NCBI GenBank assembly: GCA_049472445.1
Contig: JBLIRT010000001.1
Span: forward strand, 1 to 48,481
Direction: 5' to 3'
Length of the DNA stretch: 48,481 bases
Source: a bacterium
GTDB taxonomy: Bacteria; SZUA-182; DTGQ01
Shown: piece after piece, positions 38,130 to 47,673 of the stretch
How positions within the stretch are numbered: the stretch's first letter is position 1
Layout: each line of letters begins with the position of its first letter
Notes under the pieces: model-generated
What the model was told of the DNA's origin: nothing
The model's input: the letters and a program-made list of their open reading frames with translations, nothing else
Database searches by the model: none
Position numbers and translations under genes: made by a program

Positions 38130-39449
38130 CTATCCTTTACGGTCTTTCATACGAAAATAAATCCTGAGGGGAATATTTTCCAACTCCAGGAGATCACGAA
38201 GCCGGTTTTGGAGATATCTTTTATATGAGAAATGAATTTCTTCAGGATAATTGGCAAAGAAAAGGAAGGTAGGAGGCTTGGTCGAAATCTGAGTCTGGTA
38301 ATAGAACTTTATTCTTCTCCCCCGATACAATGGCGGGGGATTTTCCCGGACAATCTGCTGCACGGCCCTGTTCAGTACTGATGTGGATATTCTCCTCGTA
38401 TACTGATCATATATCCTTTCAATGATGGGAAAAATAGTGAAGACACGCTGGCCGGTAAAGGCGGAGACAAAGACTATGGGAGCAAACGGGACATATTTCA
38501 GTTCATACCGGATCTTCTCCACGTAATTACCCATGGTTTTGCTATCTTTGGTAATCAGGTCCCATTTGTTAACTACCAGGATACAAGGTTTCCCACCTTC
38601 ATAGGCGTAGCCGACAATAGTGGCATCCTGACTCGTTACTCCTTCAACCGCATCGATTAAGACAAGGGCTACATCGCAGGTTTCCAGGTGCTTTAAGGCT
38701 AAAATAACACTATATTTTTCGAGGGCTAACCCCGTTTTCCCCTTTCTCCGTATACCGGCCGTATCAATCAAGGTATACTGCCTCTGATTATATTTCAGGT
38801 AGCTGTCAACCGCATCCCGTGTTGTCCCGGGAATGTCTGTAACCAACATACGCTCCTGCCTCAGCAGGGAGTTGACCAGAGAGGATTTGCCCACATTCGG
38901 ACGCCCGACGATAGCTACCCGGATCGAATCTTTTGGCTCTTTTTGGGGAGATACCGACCGAGAGGGGAGATGTTTTCCTATTTCATCAACCAGGTCTGAA
39001 ATCCCCAGGGCATGCTCGGCTGAAATGGGAATAAACGAAACACCCAGGGAATAGAAATCAGGCAGGATGGCAGCAGGATTATCTACTTTATTAACTACAA
39101 AGAGGATGGGTTTGGCAGCTCTATACAACCTGCGAATAATTTCTCTATCCACGCCCAAGGGGCCCTCTTTGGCGTCCATGATGTAAAGGATCAGATCTGC
39201 CTCTTGGATGGCAATTTCTGTCTGGTCACGCATTTGATCGACGAGTTTTTCAGTCGAGCCTAATTCAAATCCGCCGGTATCAATGACGGTAAAGGCATGG
39301 CCTTCCCAGGTGCTTACGGCATAAAGACGATCTCTGGTTACTCCGGGAAGGTCATCGACAATGGCCTCTCTCTTCCTGACCAATCTATTGAAAAGTGTTG
39401 ATTTTCCGACATTAGGCCGGCCAACAATGGCCACTACTGGTAAGGACAT
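38130..39449 (-). CDS. der: Ribosome-associated GTPase Der (EngA), tandem G domains + KH-like domain
   Basis: There are two P-loops, both GRPNVGKS(T/S)L, plus DTGG, DTAG and NKxD motifs. Confidence 0.9.
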   Translation of the reverse strand: MSLPVVAIVGRPNVGKSTLFNRLVRKREAIVDDLPGVTRDRLYAVSTWEGHAFTVIDTGGFELGSTEKLVDQMRDQTEIAIQEADLILYIMDAKEGPLGVDREIIRRLYRAAKPILFVVNKVDNPAAILPDFYSLGVSFIPISAEHALGISDLVDEIGKHLPSRSVSPQKEPKDSIRVAIVGRPNVGKSSLVNSLLRQERMLVTDIPGTTRDAVDSYLKYNQRQYTLIDTAGIRRKGKTGLALEKYSVILALKHLETCDVALVLIDAVEGVTSQDATIVGYAYEGGKPCILVVNKWDLITKDSKTMGNYVEKIRYELKYVPFAPIVFVSAFTGQRVFTIFPIIERIYDQYTRRISTSVLNRAVQQIVRENPPPLYRGRRIKFYYQTQISTKPPTFLFFANYPEEIHFSYKRYLQNRLRDLLELENIPLRIYFRMKDRKG

Positions 39450-39485
39450 GTTAAGATCTCAATATGATCGAAACATTTTTCATCA

Positions 39486-41963
39486 TCATACTACCTGATC
39501 ACTGGCCATCGGCTCTTGATCAACCATCTTACATGTTTTCTTTTCCGTTTTCGGCTCATGCCTGGCCGGTTCTTTTCCCAGACGGCTATATTCGACCAGG
39601 GCCACCTTGAGCACTTGATCCATATGGCTAACCAGAACAAACTGAGTGACCTTTTTTACCTGAGGGGGGATCTCTTTCAAATCCTTTTCGTTTTCTTCAG
39701 GAATGATTACGGTCCTGATCTCCGCCCGATGAGCGGCTAAAACTTTTTCTTTTAAACCACCGATGGGTAATACCTTTCCACGGAGGGTAATTTCTCCGGT
39801 CATGGCAATGTCATTCCTTACCGGAGTACCGGTAAAGGCAGAGGCCATAGCCGTAGCCATGGCGATGCCGGCCGAGGGGCCATCTTTGGGGATAGCGCCT
39901 TCCGGTACATGGACGTGAACATCCGTCTTCTGGAAAAATTCTCCGGCTAAATGTAATTCCCTGGATTTAGAACGAAGATAGCTGAAGGCCGCCTGAGCAG
40001 ATTCCTGCATGACATCCCCCAACTGGCCGGTCAAGGTGAGCTTTCCCTTGCCTTCCATAATGATGACCTCTATGGGAAGAATATCTCCTCCAACCTCAGA
40101 CCAGGCCAAGCCATGAACAATACCGATTTCATTCTCCTGAACCTTATCCTTCTCCGGGTACTTTGGAGGCCCAAGGTATTTCGGCACATTTTGTAACCCG
40201 ATACTGACTTTCGCCTCCTTACCCTTTTCAACAACCTGTCTGGCCACTTTCCGGCAAATCGAGGCAATCTCCCTTTCCAGGTTTCGTACACCAGCCTCCC
40301 TCGTATACCGGTAAATGATATATTTCACTCCTTTTTCGGAAAAGAAAAGATTTTTTGAGGTCAACCCATGAGATTTCAATTGCTTGGGTATCAGAAACCG
40401 GGAGGCGATTTTGACCTTTTCCAGATCAGTATAGCCGGGGAGCCGGATTACTTCCATTCGATCCTGCAAAGGTCCGGGTATCTTATGGATCACATTGGCT
40501 GTAGTGATGAACATAACCTCTGAAAGGTCATAATCCACCTCCAGGTAATGATCGCTGAAGGAATGGTTCTGTTCGGGATCTAAAACTTCCAGCAAGGCAG
40601 CCGACGGATCCCCCCGAAAGTCGGTGCTCATTTTGTCGATTTCATCCAGGAGAATGACCGGATTGCGGGATTGAGCCCTTTTCATGCTTTGAATGATACG
40701 ACCTGGCAGGGCACCGATGTATGTCCTCCGATGGCCGCGAATCTCAGCTTCATCACGTACGCCTCCCAGGGACAGACGGACAAACTTCCTCCCCGTAGCC
40801 CTGGCAATCGAGCGGGCCAGCGAAGTTTTCCCTCCTCCCGGCGGACCTACAAAACAGAGTATGGGCCCCTTCATCTTTTTGACCAGTCTTCTCACTGATA
40901 AATACTCCAGAATCCTTTCTTTGGCCTGCTTCAGCCCATAGTGATCTGCATTAAGAATTTTCTCAGCGCGCACAAGATCGATCATATCGCGGGTTTTCTT
41001 AGACCACGGCAGGGAAACAAGCCATTCGATGTAATTGCGTACTACGGTAGCCTCGGCCGACATGGGAGGCATCAATTCAAGCCGTTTTAACTCCCGGAGG
41101 GCCTTCTCTTCGACATCCCTGGTCATTCTGGCCGCTTTAATCTTCCCCAGGAGTTCCTCAGAGTCTGATTTCCGGTTGTCAATGGTGCCCAGCTCTTTCT
41201 GAATAGCCTTCATCTGCTCCTGCAGGTAGTACTCTTTCTGCATTTTTTCCATTTGGCCTTTGACGCGGCCACGGATCTTCTTTTCCAATTCCATGATTTC
41301 GAGTTCTGAATTGAGGTAGCCATATAATTTCATGAGGCGATCTTCAGGATCAAGGCTCTCCAGAATGGCCTGCTTGTCTTCCAGCTTAAGCGTCAGATGT
41401 GAAGCGATAACATCAGCTAACCTTCCCATTTCTTTAATATTAAGAGCTGATCGAACCATTTCGGGGGGAATTTTAGGATTGGATTTGGCGTACCTTTCAA
41501 ATTGATGATTAATACTTCTTATCAAGGCTTCTATTTCGGGAGTATTTTCAACCTCCTGCTCACAAAGGGAGACTGATACCATGAAAAACGGCTCATCCTG
41601 GATATATTCCTCTATCTTGCAGCGGCTCAATCCTTCAGCCAATACCTTGATCGTTCCGTCAGGGAGCTTCAGTATCTGCAAAATTTCCGCAACGGTACCG
41701 ATATTAAAGATATCACCTGACTTGGGATCATCAACCTGCGCATTTCTCTGAGAGGCAAGGACGATTTGATTATTGTTTATGGCAGCCCTCTCAATGGCCT
41801 TGATGGATCTGGGTCTCCCAATAAAAAGCGGAACAATCATGTGAGGGAATATGACGATGTCCCGCAGAGGCAACAAAGAGAGCACTTCTTTTTGCCGGCT
41901 CACCTTTGGCTTGGCTCTATCCTTGAAAAACATCTCTTCTCCCGGTTTATGATAATGCGGCAA
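39486..41963 (-). CDS. lon: ATP-dependent Lon protease
   Basis: It has the LON N-domain, the AAA+ Walker A motif GPPGGGKTS, and the protease catalytic Ser in [10 protein letters not shown]. Confidence 0.95.
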   Translation of the reverse strand: MPHYHKPGEEMFFKDRAKPKVSRQKEVLSLLPLRDIVIFPHMIVPLFIGRPRSIKAIERAAINNNQIVLASQRNAQVDDPKSGDIFNIGTVAEILQILKLPDGTIKVLAEGLSRCKIEEYIQDEPFFMVSVSLCEQEVENTPEIEALIRSINHQFERYAKSNPKIPPEMVRSALNIKEMGRLADVIASHLTLKLEDKQAILESLDPEDRLMKLYGYLNSELEIMELEKKIRGRVKGQMEKMQKEYYLQEQMKAIQKELGTIDNRKSDSEELLGKIKAARMTRDVEEKALRELKRLELMPPMSAEATVVRNYIEWLVSLPWSKKTRDMIDLVRAEKILNADHYGLKQAKERILEYLSVRRLVKKMKGPILCFVGPPGGGKTSLARSIARATGRKFVRLSLGGVRDEAEIRGHRRTYIGALPGRIIQSMKRAQSRNPVILLDEIDKMSTDFRGDPSAALLEVLDPEQNHSFSDHYLEVDYDLSEVMFITTANVIHKIPGPLQDRMEVIRLPGYTDLEKVKIASRFLIPKQLKSHGLTSKNLFFSEKGVKYIIYRYTREAGVRNLEREIASICRKVARQVVEKGKEAKVSIGLQNVPKYLGPPKYPEKDKVQENEIGIVHGLAWSEVGGDILPIEVIIMEGKGKLTLTGQLGDVMQESAQAAFSYLRSKSRELHLAGEFFQKTDVHVHVPEGAIPKDGPSAGIAMATAMASAFTGTPVRNDIAMTGEITLRGKVLPIGGLKEKVLAAHRAEIRTVIIPEENEKDLKEIPPQVKKVTQFVLVSHMDQVLKVALVEYSRLGKEPARHEPKTEKKTCKMVDQEPMASDQVV

Positions 41964-42025
41964 GCGAGGATGGTAAAGGGATCTTCCTTCATGTAACTCA
42001 TGGCGAAGGGAAAAGCAGGATATGT

Positions 42026-43270
42026 TTATCCTACCTTCTCATACAGCAGTATTGGCGTCTCTTTTCTCTTAATGACATCTCTGGTGATGACACATTCTTT
42101 GATAGCATGGCTTTGTGAGGGCAAATCGTACATGATGTCGAGCATGACATCTTCAAGGATGGCTCGCAAGCCACGGGCACCGGTTTTGCGGGCAATTGCT
42201 TCCTGAGCGATGGCAGCCAGGGCATCATCAGTAAATTTCAACTTGACATTCTCCATCTCAAAGATCTTTTGATACTGCTTAATCAGAGCGTTTTGAGGAT
42301 CTTTGAGAACGGAAATCATCAACTCTTCAGTCAATTCACTTAAGGTGGCAATTACGGGAAACCGCCCTACGAATTCAGGAATAAGCCCATATTTCAGCAA
42401 ATCTGCCTGCTGAGCCTGGGCAATAATATTGGAGACGCTTCGTTCCTTTTTGCTCTTTGTGTTTGACAGGAAACCCACGGTATTTCTGTTTAACCGCTTC
42501 TCAATGATATTTTCCAGACCAACAAATGCTCCTCCGCAAATGAAGAGAATATTTTTTGTATTGACCTGAATATATTCCTGATGAGGATGCTTTCGGCCAC
42601 CCTGAGGAGGAACACTGGCTACGGTCCCCTCAATAATCTTTAACAGAGCCTGCTGTACACCTTCTCCCGAAACATCACGGGTTATCGATGGACTATCGGT
42701 TTTCCGGCTGATCTTATCAATCTCATCAATATAGACAATTCCCTTTTCCGTCTTTGAAACATCGAAATCAGCCGCCTGCAAGAGTTTGAGAATTATGTTT
42801 TCCACATCCTCTCCGACGTATCCGGCTTCGGTAAGAGTAGTAGCATCGGCAATGATGAACGGCACATCGAGCATCCTGGCCAGGGTTTGGGCGAGGAGCG
42901 TTTTCCCGGATCCGGTCGGACCTATGAGGAGGATATTACTTTTCTGAAGTTCGACATCTTTGGGATCAATATGGGCATCTATTCGCTTATAATGGTTATG
43001 AACAGCAACAGCCAGGATCTTTTTAGCTCTTTCCTGCCCGACTACATACTGATCCAGAAAATTTTTCACCTCAACTGGTTTAGCCAGTCTTTTAAAATTT
43101 TCAATTCGTTCCTCTTCCCATTCCTCTTCTATGATATCATTGCAAAGCTCTACGCACTCATCGCAGATGTACACCGTTGGGCCGGCGATCAGTTTCTTGA
43201 CTTCATTCTGGGTTTTTCCGCAGAACGAGCATTTTAGCGTAATGGATTTAGAGCCTTTATTCCTCGCCAT
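42026..43270 (-). CDS. clpX: ATP-dependent Clp protease ATP-binding subunit ClpX
   Basis: The zinc-binding N-domain is CSFCGK...CDEC. The Walker A motif is GPTGSGKT. It lies next to clpP. Confidence 0.95.
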   Translation of the reverse strand: MARNKGSKSITLKCSFCGKTQNEVKKLIAGPTVYICDECVELCNDIIEEEWEEERIENFKRLAKPVEVKNFLDQYVVGQERAKKILAVAVHNHYKRIDAHIDPKDVELQKSNILLIGPTGSGKTLLAQTLARMLDVPFIIADATTLTEAGYVGEDVENIILKLLQAADFDVSKTEKGIVYIDEIDKISRKTDSPSITRDVSGEGVQQALLKIIEGTVASVPPQGGRKHPHQEYIQVNTKNILFICGGAFVGLENIIEKRLNRNTVGFLSNTKSKKERSVSNIIAQAQQADLLKYGLIPEFVGRFPVIATLSELTEELMISVLKDPQNALIKQYQKIFEMENVKLKFTDDALAAIAQEAIARKTGARGLRAILEDVMLDIMYDLPSQSHAIKECVITRDVIKRKETPILLYEKVG

Positions 43271-43304
43271 GATTAGTTCCTCATGTTACTTATCGTACTG
43301 AAAG

Positions 43305-43892
43305 TTAGACTGCCTTCTTATTTATTACTTCATCGACAAGACCATACTCTTTGGCCTGCTCGGCAGACATATAATAATCACGTTCCGTATCAGCCTGTAT
43401 TTTATCGAAAGACTGGCCTGTATGTTTCACCAGAATCTCATTCAATCGCTTGCGCATGCTAAGTATTTCCCTGGCCTGAATATCTACATCAGTTGCCTGC
43501 CCTTGAAATCCTCCAAGCGGTTGATGGATTAAAACTCTGGCGTGAGGGAGAGCATATCTTTTCCCCTTCGTCCCCGCAGCCAGGAGCAGGGCGCCCATAC
43601 TCGCCGCCTGTCCAATACAGATGGTGGAGACATCCGGCTTGATATATTGCATCGTGTCATAGATAGCCAAGCCTGAGGTTACGACACCACCAGGGCTATT
43701 GATGTACAGGTGTATATCCTTATCAGGGTCATCCGCCTCCAGAAATAATAACTGGGCGATGACAAGATTCGAAACGTTATCATCAATAGGGCTCCCGACA
43801 AAAATGATTCGATCTTTCAGGAGCCGCGAGTAAATATCGTAAGCCCGCTCACCCCGGCTGGACTGTTCAACCACAATGGGTATCAAATTCAT
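43305..43892 (-). CDS. clpP: ATP-dependent Clp protease proteolytic subunit ClpP
   Basis: [17 protein letters not shown] and the catalytic Ser in [11 protein letters not shown] are present, followed by HQP. Confidence 0.95.
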   Translation of the reverse strand: MNLIPIVVEQSSRGERAYDIYSRLLKDRIIFVGSPIDDNVSNLVIAQLLFLEADDPDKDIHLYINSPGGVVTSGLAIYDTMQYIKPDVSTICIGQAASMGALLLAAGTKGKRYALPHARVLIHQPLGGFQGQATDVDIQAREILSMRKRLNEILVKHTGQSFDKIQADTERDYYMSAEQAKEYGLVDEVINKKAV

Positions 43893-45187
43893 AGGTTATC
43901 CTTTTCTCTCTCAATAGTTGCCTCTTCTTTGATAATAGCGCTTTCCAATAAAAAATCCAAGGTTTTTTGCTCTCTCAAGGTCTTCATAATTTCGTCCCTC
44001 AGAGATTTTTTTACGTCTTCAATATCCTGCCTGTACTGCATGGATAATTGTCTGGCCCGGCGATTTATTTCTTCCTCTGTAACCTCAATCCCTTCCCGGC
44101 AGGCAATCTCATAGAGAATGAGGGAAGTTTTGGCCCTTTTCGAGGCCGACTCTCTCAAGTCAGCCCTCAGCTTTTCGGAGTTTTGCTCTGATTGAGCCAG
44201 CCTTCTCCCCTGGAGGGCTAATTGTGCTTCCAAATCATTGATCATGGCCTCAATCTCGTGATCAACCATGATTTCAGGAGCGTCAACCGGAGTCATAGCC
44301 AGAAGCTTATCAATGAGGGTCTTTCTCATGTTCTTTTGACTCTCTTCTTCGTCCTGTCTTTTTAAATTTTCGGCAATTTCCTCTTTTAATCTTTGCAGGG
44401 TATAATCGCCTAAATCCCTGGCAAATTCATCGTCAAGATCCGGGAGAGTCTTCTCCTTAATTTCCTTAATCATTATGATAAATGTCACTTCCTTATGAGC
44501 GAATCTTTTATTGGGAAACTCCTCCGGGAAGGTCTCATGAAACTCTCTTTCCTCTCCTCTCTGCATACCGACCAGGTTTTGCGAAAGCGAAGGGAGGAGT
44601 TGACTCGATCCAACCTCGACCACGAGATCATGATCAACCTCCAGGACATCACCACTGGCCGAGTCTTTGGAAGTGTAATCTAAAACAACCTGATCACTTT
44701 CCAAAACCGCTCGATCCGTCACTACCTGATATTCAGCCTGCTGGTCTTGAAGTCTCCTGAGAACGGTGCCTATTCGTTCCTCAGTAACCTCTTTCTTCTC
44801 CTTTGTTATCTCAATTCCCTTGTAGCTCTCCGGCAATTCAGTTCTCGGCCAGGTCGTAACAACCACCTGAAACGAAAAAGGTGCCTCTTCCCGCAGCTCT
44901 ATCTCTCCCTCAAACTTCGGCTGTCCCATGATCTGGAGTTTCTCTTCATCCAAAGCCTTCTGGAAATAATCCGGAACCAGATCATTGATGGCCTGTGTTT
45001 TGACTTTGCTCCAGAAATGCACTCTCAGCACATTTCTGGGAATTTTACCGGGCCGGAATCCCTTTAGCCTGGCAGATTCATTAATTCGCCGGTAAGCCTC
45101 ATTGATCTTCTCCATGGCAACGTCCTGGGGAACCTCAATGGTTATTGCTTTTTGATTGTTTCCTAAATCCTTAACCTCAGTTCTCAT
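43889..45187 (-). CDS. tig: Trigger factor
   Basis: The ribosome-binding motif GFRPGKIP is present, followed by a PPIase-like middle domain. It sits in tig-clpP-clpX-lon synteny. Confidence 0.9.
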   Translation of the reverse strand: MRTEVKDLGNNQKAITIEVPQDVAMEKINEAYRRINESARLKGFRPGKIPRNVLRVHFWSKVKTQAINDLVPDYFQKALDEEKLQIMGQPKFEGEIELREEAPFSFQVVVTTWPRTELPESYKGIEITKEKKEVTEERIGTVLRRLQDQQAEYQVVTDRAVLESDQVVLDYTSKDSASGDVLEVDHDLVVEVGSSQLLPSLSQNLVGMQRGEEREFHETFPEEFPNKRFAHKEVTFIIMIKEIKEKTLPDLDDEFARDLGDYTLQRLKEEIAENLKRQDEEESQKNMRKTLIDKLLAMTPVDAPEIMVDHEIEAMINDLEAQLALQGRRLAQSEQNSEKLRADLRESASKRAKTSLILYEIACREGIEVTEEEINRRARQLSMQYRQDIEDVKKSLRDEIMKTLREQKTLDFLLESAIIKEEATIEREKDNL

Positions 45188-45220
45188 CTTTTTCTCTCAT
45201 GGTCAGATATCTTGTTTGGA

Positions 45221-45301
<81 letters not shown>

Positions 45302-45418
45302 CTGGCCTATTTCCTGCGGCATGTCACTGGCCAAGGCAGATCACCATTCTCTATGAGGGACTCTCTTCAACCTTCATAACCACCCTTGGGCCAAAATGAA
45401 TTCAGATTCAAAAAAAAT

Positions 45419-45493
45419 TGGTGAGCCGTGAAGGAATCGAACCTTCAACCTACTGATTAAGAGTCAGTTGCTCTACCGATTGAGCTAACGGCC
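45419..45493 (-). tRNA. tRNA-Lys(CTT), CCA encoded
   Basis: The reverse strand reads GGGCCGTTAGCTCAATCGGTAGAGCAACTGACTCTTAATCAGTAGGTTGAAGGTTCGATTCCTTCACGGCTCACCA. The anticodon loop is CT-CTT-AA. Confidence 0.9.
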
Positions 45494-45527
45494 CACATAA
45501 CTCGAACACGTATACAGGATAAATAAA

Positions 45528-45601
45528 TACGCCCGGCAGGGCTCGAACCTGCGACCTGCGGATTCGAAGTCCGACGCTCTATCCAACTGAGCTACGGGCG
45601 C
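45528..45601 (-). tRNA. tRNA-Arg(TCG)
   Basis: The reverse strand reads GCGCCCGTAGCTCAGTTGGATAGAGCGTCGGACTTCGAATCCGCAGGTCGCAGGTTCGAGCCCTGCCGGGCGTA. The anticodon loop is CT-TCG-AA. Confidence 0.85.
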
Positions 45602-45608
45602 TATCAAG

Positions 45609-45683
45609 GGTGAGTGGAGGGACTTGAACCCTCGACCACTGGAGCCACAATCCAGGGCTCTATCCTACTGAGCTACACCCACC
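45609..45683 (-). tRNA. tRNA-His(GTG) with encoded G-1
   Basis: The reverse strand reads G-GTGGGTGTAGCTCAGTAGGATAGAGCCCTGGATTGTGGCTCCAGTGGTCGAGGGTTCAAGTCCCTCCACTCACC. The extra 5' G pairs with C73, which is the His hallmark. The anticodon loop is TT-GTG-GC. Confidence 0.9.
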
Positions 45684-45993
45684 ATGCATACCTGATATGT
45701 CTTCCTCTCATGAATGAAATAGTGTTTATTTTTCAATCCCTTTTAGAGAAAGGGAATATGCTTCTTACGTGCACCATGAAATGTATGAAACTTTTTACAT
45801 ACTTTATTAGCTCCCAGTATACACTTTTAAACCAATTTTTTCAACTACTGTTTATCGCCTATCCCGAATAAATTAATCCCTCCTTATGTTGAAATTATAT
45901 CCTCTTTGTGTTGCTGATAAGACTTATTTTAAGCCTCATCCGAGCAATTTCCTTATCTTGAGAATATGGCCAACCTTACGCTTAGATAATCAG

Positions 45994-46062
45994 CCCTTAT
46001 TTTATCACGGGTCGGGCCCTATTGTATCACGGATCGGTCCTTATTGTATCACGGACCTCTGG
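45994..46062. repeat. Three head-to-tail 22-23 bp direct repeats (iteron-like)
   Basis: The units are CCCTTATTTTATCACGGGTCGGG, CCCTATTGTATCACGGATCGGT and CCTTATTGTATCACGGACCTCTGG. The shared core is TTAT(T)TGTATCACGG, and the period is about two helical turns. Confidence 0.8.
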
Positions 46063-46181
46063 CACACTACTCATAAGGTTTTCTCATGACGAGATTTCCG
46101 CTTCTAAAAAGCATCTGTTGGAAATTCAGTCCTACAGCCTGTCAGAAGAGGAACGGAGGGAGTACCCTGTACAAAAGGATG

Positions 46182-46349
46182 TTATTTCTTGGCCCCGAGG
46201 CTCTTCTGGAGAGCTTCGAGAGTATTCTTCTTTACCTCGTCTACTGATTTCTTGTCAGCTTGCGCTGCTTCATCAAATGTCTGGTTCGTTATATTTCTTG
46301 GATCTCCCATATTATCATCAAGCCGGCCGCATCCACATGTATAGCACAT
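46182..46349 (-). CDS. Small (55 aa) N-terminal CxxCxC protein, function unknown (below the ORF-track cutoff)
   Basis: Hand translation gives MCYTCGCGRLDDNMGDPRNITNQTFDEAAQADKKSVDEVKKNTLEALQKSLGAKK, ending in TAA. An AAGGAGGG SD site ends 6 nt before the ATG at 46349. The helical, charged C-terminal half looks like real protein. An in-frame ATG at 46355 is too close to the SD. Confidence 0.6.
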   Translation of the reverse strand: MCYTCGCGRLDDNMGDPRNITNQTFDEAAQADKKSVDEVKKNTLEALQKSLGAKK

Positions 46350-46778
46350 ATGCATCCCTCCTTTTTTCGAGTTGAATGAATGATGTCAATCGAACGGGCG
46401 GACGATTATCTCTCGCCTCTCCAGGCCAGGATGAAGAGCCTGGCCTGACCCGCTTTAAACGCCTTAAAATACTCCCTCCGCCTTTTCAGGTGTCAGTGTT
46501 ATCATGGATCTGATATGTCATGTATTATTCGTCATTAAGCTCATAAAATCATTACCGGAAGGGGTTCCTGCACCTGTTATCCACAGGTGGGGCACGCTTT
46601 TCCATATATTACAGAATATTACAGATGTCAGGGGCTGAGAAAATAACCTGGTAATAGCATTGCAGGGAAAGAGCCGAGTAAGGGATGAAAGAGAGTAAGA
46701 TTGAAGTACTCGATAGGCTTGACTTAGCCTGGCCTTCAATCGATGGATGAATTTGGGAATGAATGAGGAGGTGAAATT

Positions 46779-46898
46779 ATGAAGGTTAAGACGAGTGTCA
46801 GGGGAGGACAGATTATCCCCGGGGCCGGTCTTTTGGAACTTTTGCTTCTGGGGCTTCTTCTGGGCTTAATTTATGAACAGTTTTATGGTGATACTTAG
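46779..46898 (+). CDS. Small (39 aa) hydrophobic peptide, single predicted TM helix (below the ORF-track cutoff)
   Basis: TGAGGAGGTGA ends 5-7 nt before the ATG at 46779. The peptide is MKVKTSVRGGQIIPGAGLLELLLLGLLLGLIYEQFYGDT, ending in TAG. It has a basic N-terminus and a Leu/Gly-rich helix. Confidence 0.5.
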   Translation: MKVKTSVRGGQIIPGAGLLELLLLGLLLGLIYEQFYGDT

Positions 46899-47002
46899 AA
46901 TCCATCCCAAGGTTCCCGAAAGCAAATCCTGTTACAGGTATAACGTTGATCCAGGATGGAACTTTGGTGAAGAGTATTCTTAATCTATTCATAAAGAAAC
47001 CA

Positions 47003-47041
47003 TTTTCCGGCCTGAAGAATCTAGGCCATCAGGCCGGAAAA
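47003..47041. repeat. Perfect 13-bp-stem palindrome
   Basis: TTTTCCGGCCTGA (47003-47015), a 13-nt loop, then TCAGGCCGGAAAA (47029-47041). The loop holds an alternative pairing, GGCCT/AGGCC. Confidence 0.7.
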
Positions 47042-47136
47042 ATAAACCGGCAGCCCCCTTTTTAAACCTCGGCCCTGACTCACTCTCACACCATATATAA
47101 AAGGGTGATACATCAATTACCAGGAGGGGGCATCCA

Positions 47137-47161
47137 ACTCAAGTCCCAGGGCAGTCGCATC
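47137..47161 (+). repeat. Solo, slightly diverged third copy of the MITE terminal repeat plus its flank motif
   Basis: ACTCAAGTCCCAGGGCAGTCGCATC compares with ACTCAAATCCAGGGCAATCGCATC at 47430-47453. Both copies are preceded, 45-80 nt upstream, by CATATATAAAA(A)GGG (47092-47105 and 47362-47376). Confidence 0.6.
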
Positions 47162-47428
47162 AAAATGCCTCGTTTCACGTATTGATCATTCACATCAAAA
47201 GAAGAAGGAATTTTACCTATTTTCCTTCAAAATGGACTCAAAATGAACCCATTCAGGTATTCTGTCGGAAACAGATTTTCCACGATGGCTTGTAAAGGCT
47301 TGGCCAGCTTAAAAATCCGTTCGTTGGCCATGGGAAAATTGGACAATGGGACATATATAAAAAGGGGGGGAAAGTGTCCAATTTTTATTCGGGCTGATAA
47401 GTGAGGAACAATACCTCTCTTCCCCACC

Positions 47429-47673
47429 GACTCAAATCCAGGGCAATCGCATCTTATTTATCTTGTTTTTAATGCCTATGCCCCACTTATTTGCACAAAT
47501 TGGCGAGAATAAAGAGACCATTATCCCACTTGGACATAACTATCTTGATTATAATAGGGTTGTGAAAATGAAATCTATTCCGATGTGGAACATTTCTCCC
47601 TATATTTTGTTTATATTAGCACTCTGTGGGAACAATGCATCAAATTTAGATGCGATTGCCCTGGACTCAAATC
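47429..47673. mobile_element. MITE-like non-autonomous element (or small excisable/invertible DNA segment)
   Basis: There are perfect inverted repeats: TCCAGGGCAATCGCATCT (47437-47454) and AGATGCGATTGCCCTGGA (47648-47665). A direct repeat GACTCAAATC lies at 47429-47438 and again at 47664-47673. The ~190 bp interior is AT-rich and has no credible ORF. Confidence 0.55.

Noticed and set aside
37546-38160. 204-aa plus-strand ORF
   Set aside because: It is entirely antisense to truA, which has a catalytic motif and clean boundaries. It has no SD or motifs.
45994-46066. Intact Tn7-like transposon end
   Set aside because: A TGT-terminus with 22-bp repeats is suggestive. However, the implied element interior would hold tRNA, tig and clpPX core genes, and no tnsABC-like genes are in the window. 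It is mentioned only as a possible relic.
46577-46585. Replication origin (oriC), suggested by a perfect DnaA box TTATCCACA in AT-rich non-coding DNA
   Set aside because: I found only one perfect box. Other candidates match at most 7/9. There is no cluster, no obvious 13-mer AT-rich DUE repeats and no dnaA or dnaN nearby. It is kept only as a note within the spacer finding.
46551-46600. SRP (4.5S) RNA, suggested by a CCGGAAGG GNRA-type hairpin
   Set aside because: The conserved AGCA/GGAA symmetric-loop context is missing, and there is no extended helix 8.
47429-47673. tRNA 3'-fragment (att site) interpretation of GACTCAAATCC
   Set aside because: It shares TCAAATCC with the T-loop region of the nearby tRNA(CAT). 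Neither copy can be folded into a T-arm (no 5-bp stem), and the similarity does not extend into an acceptor stem.
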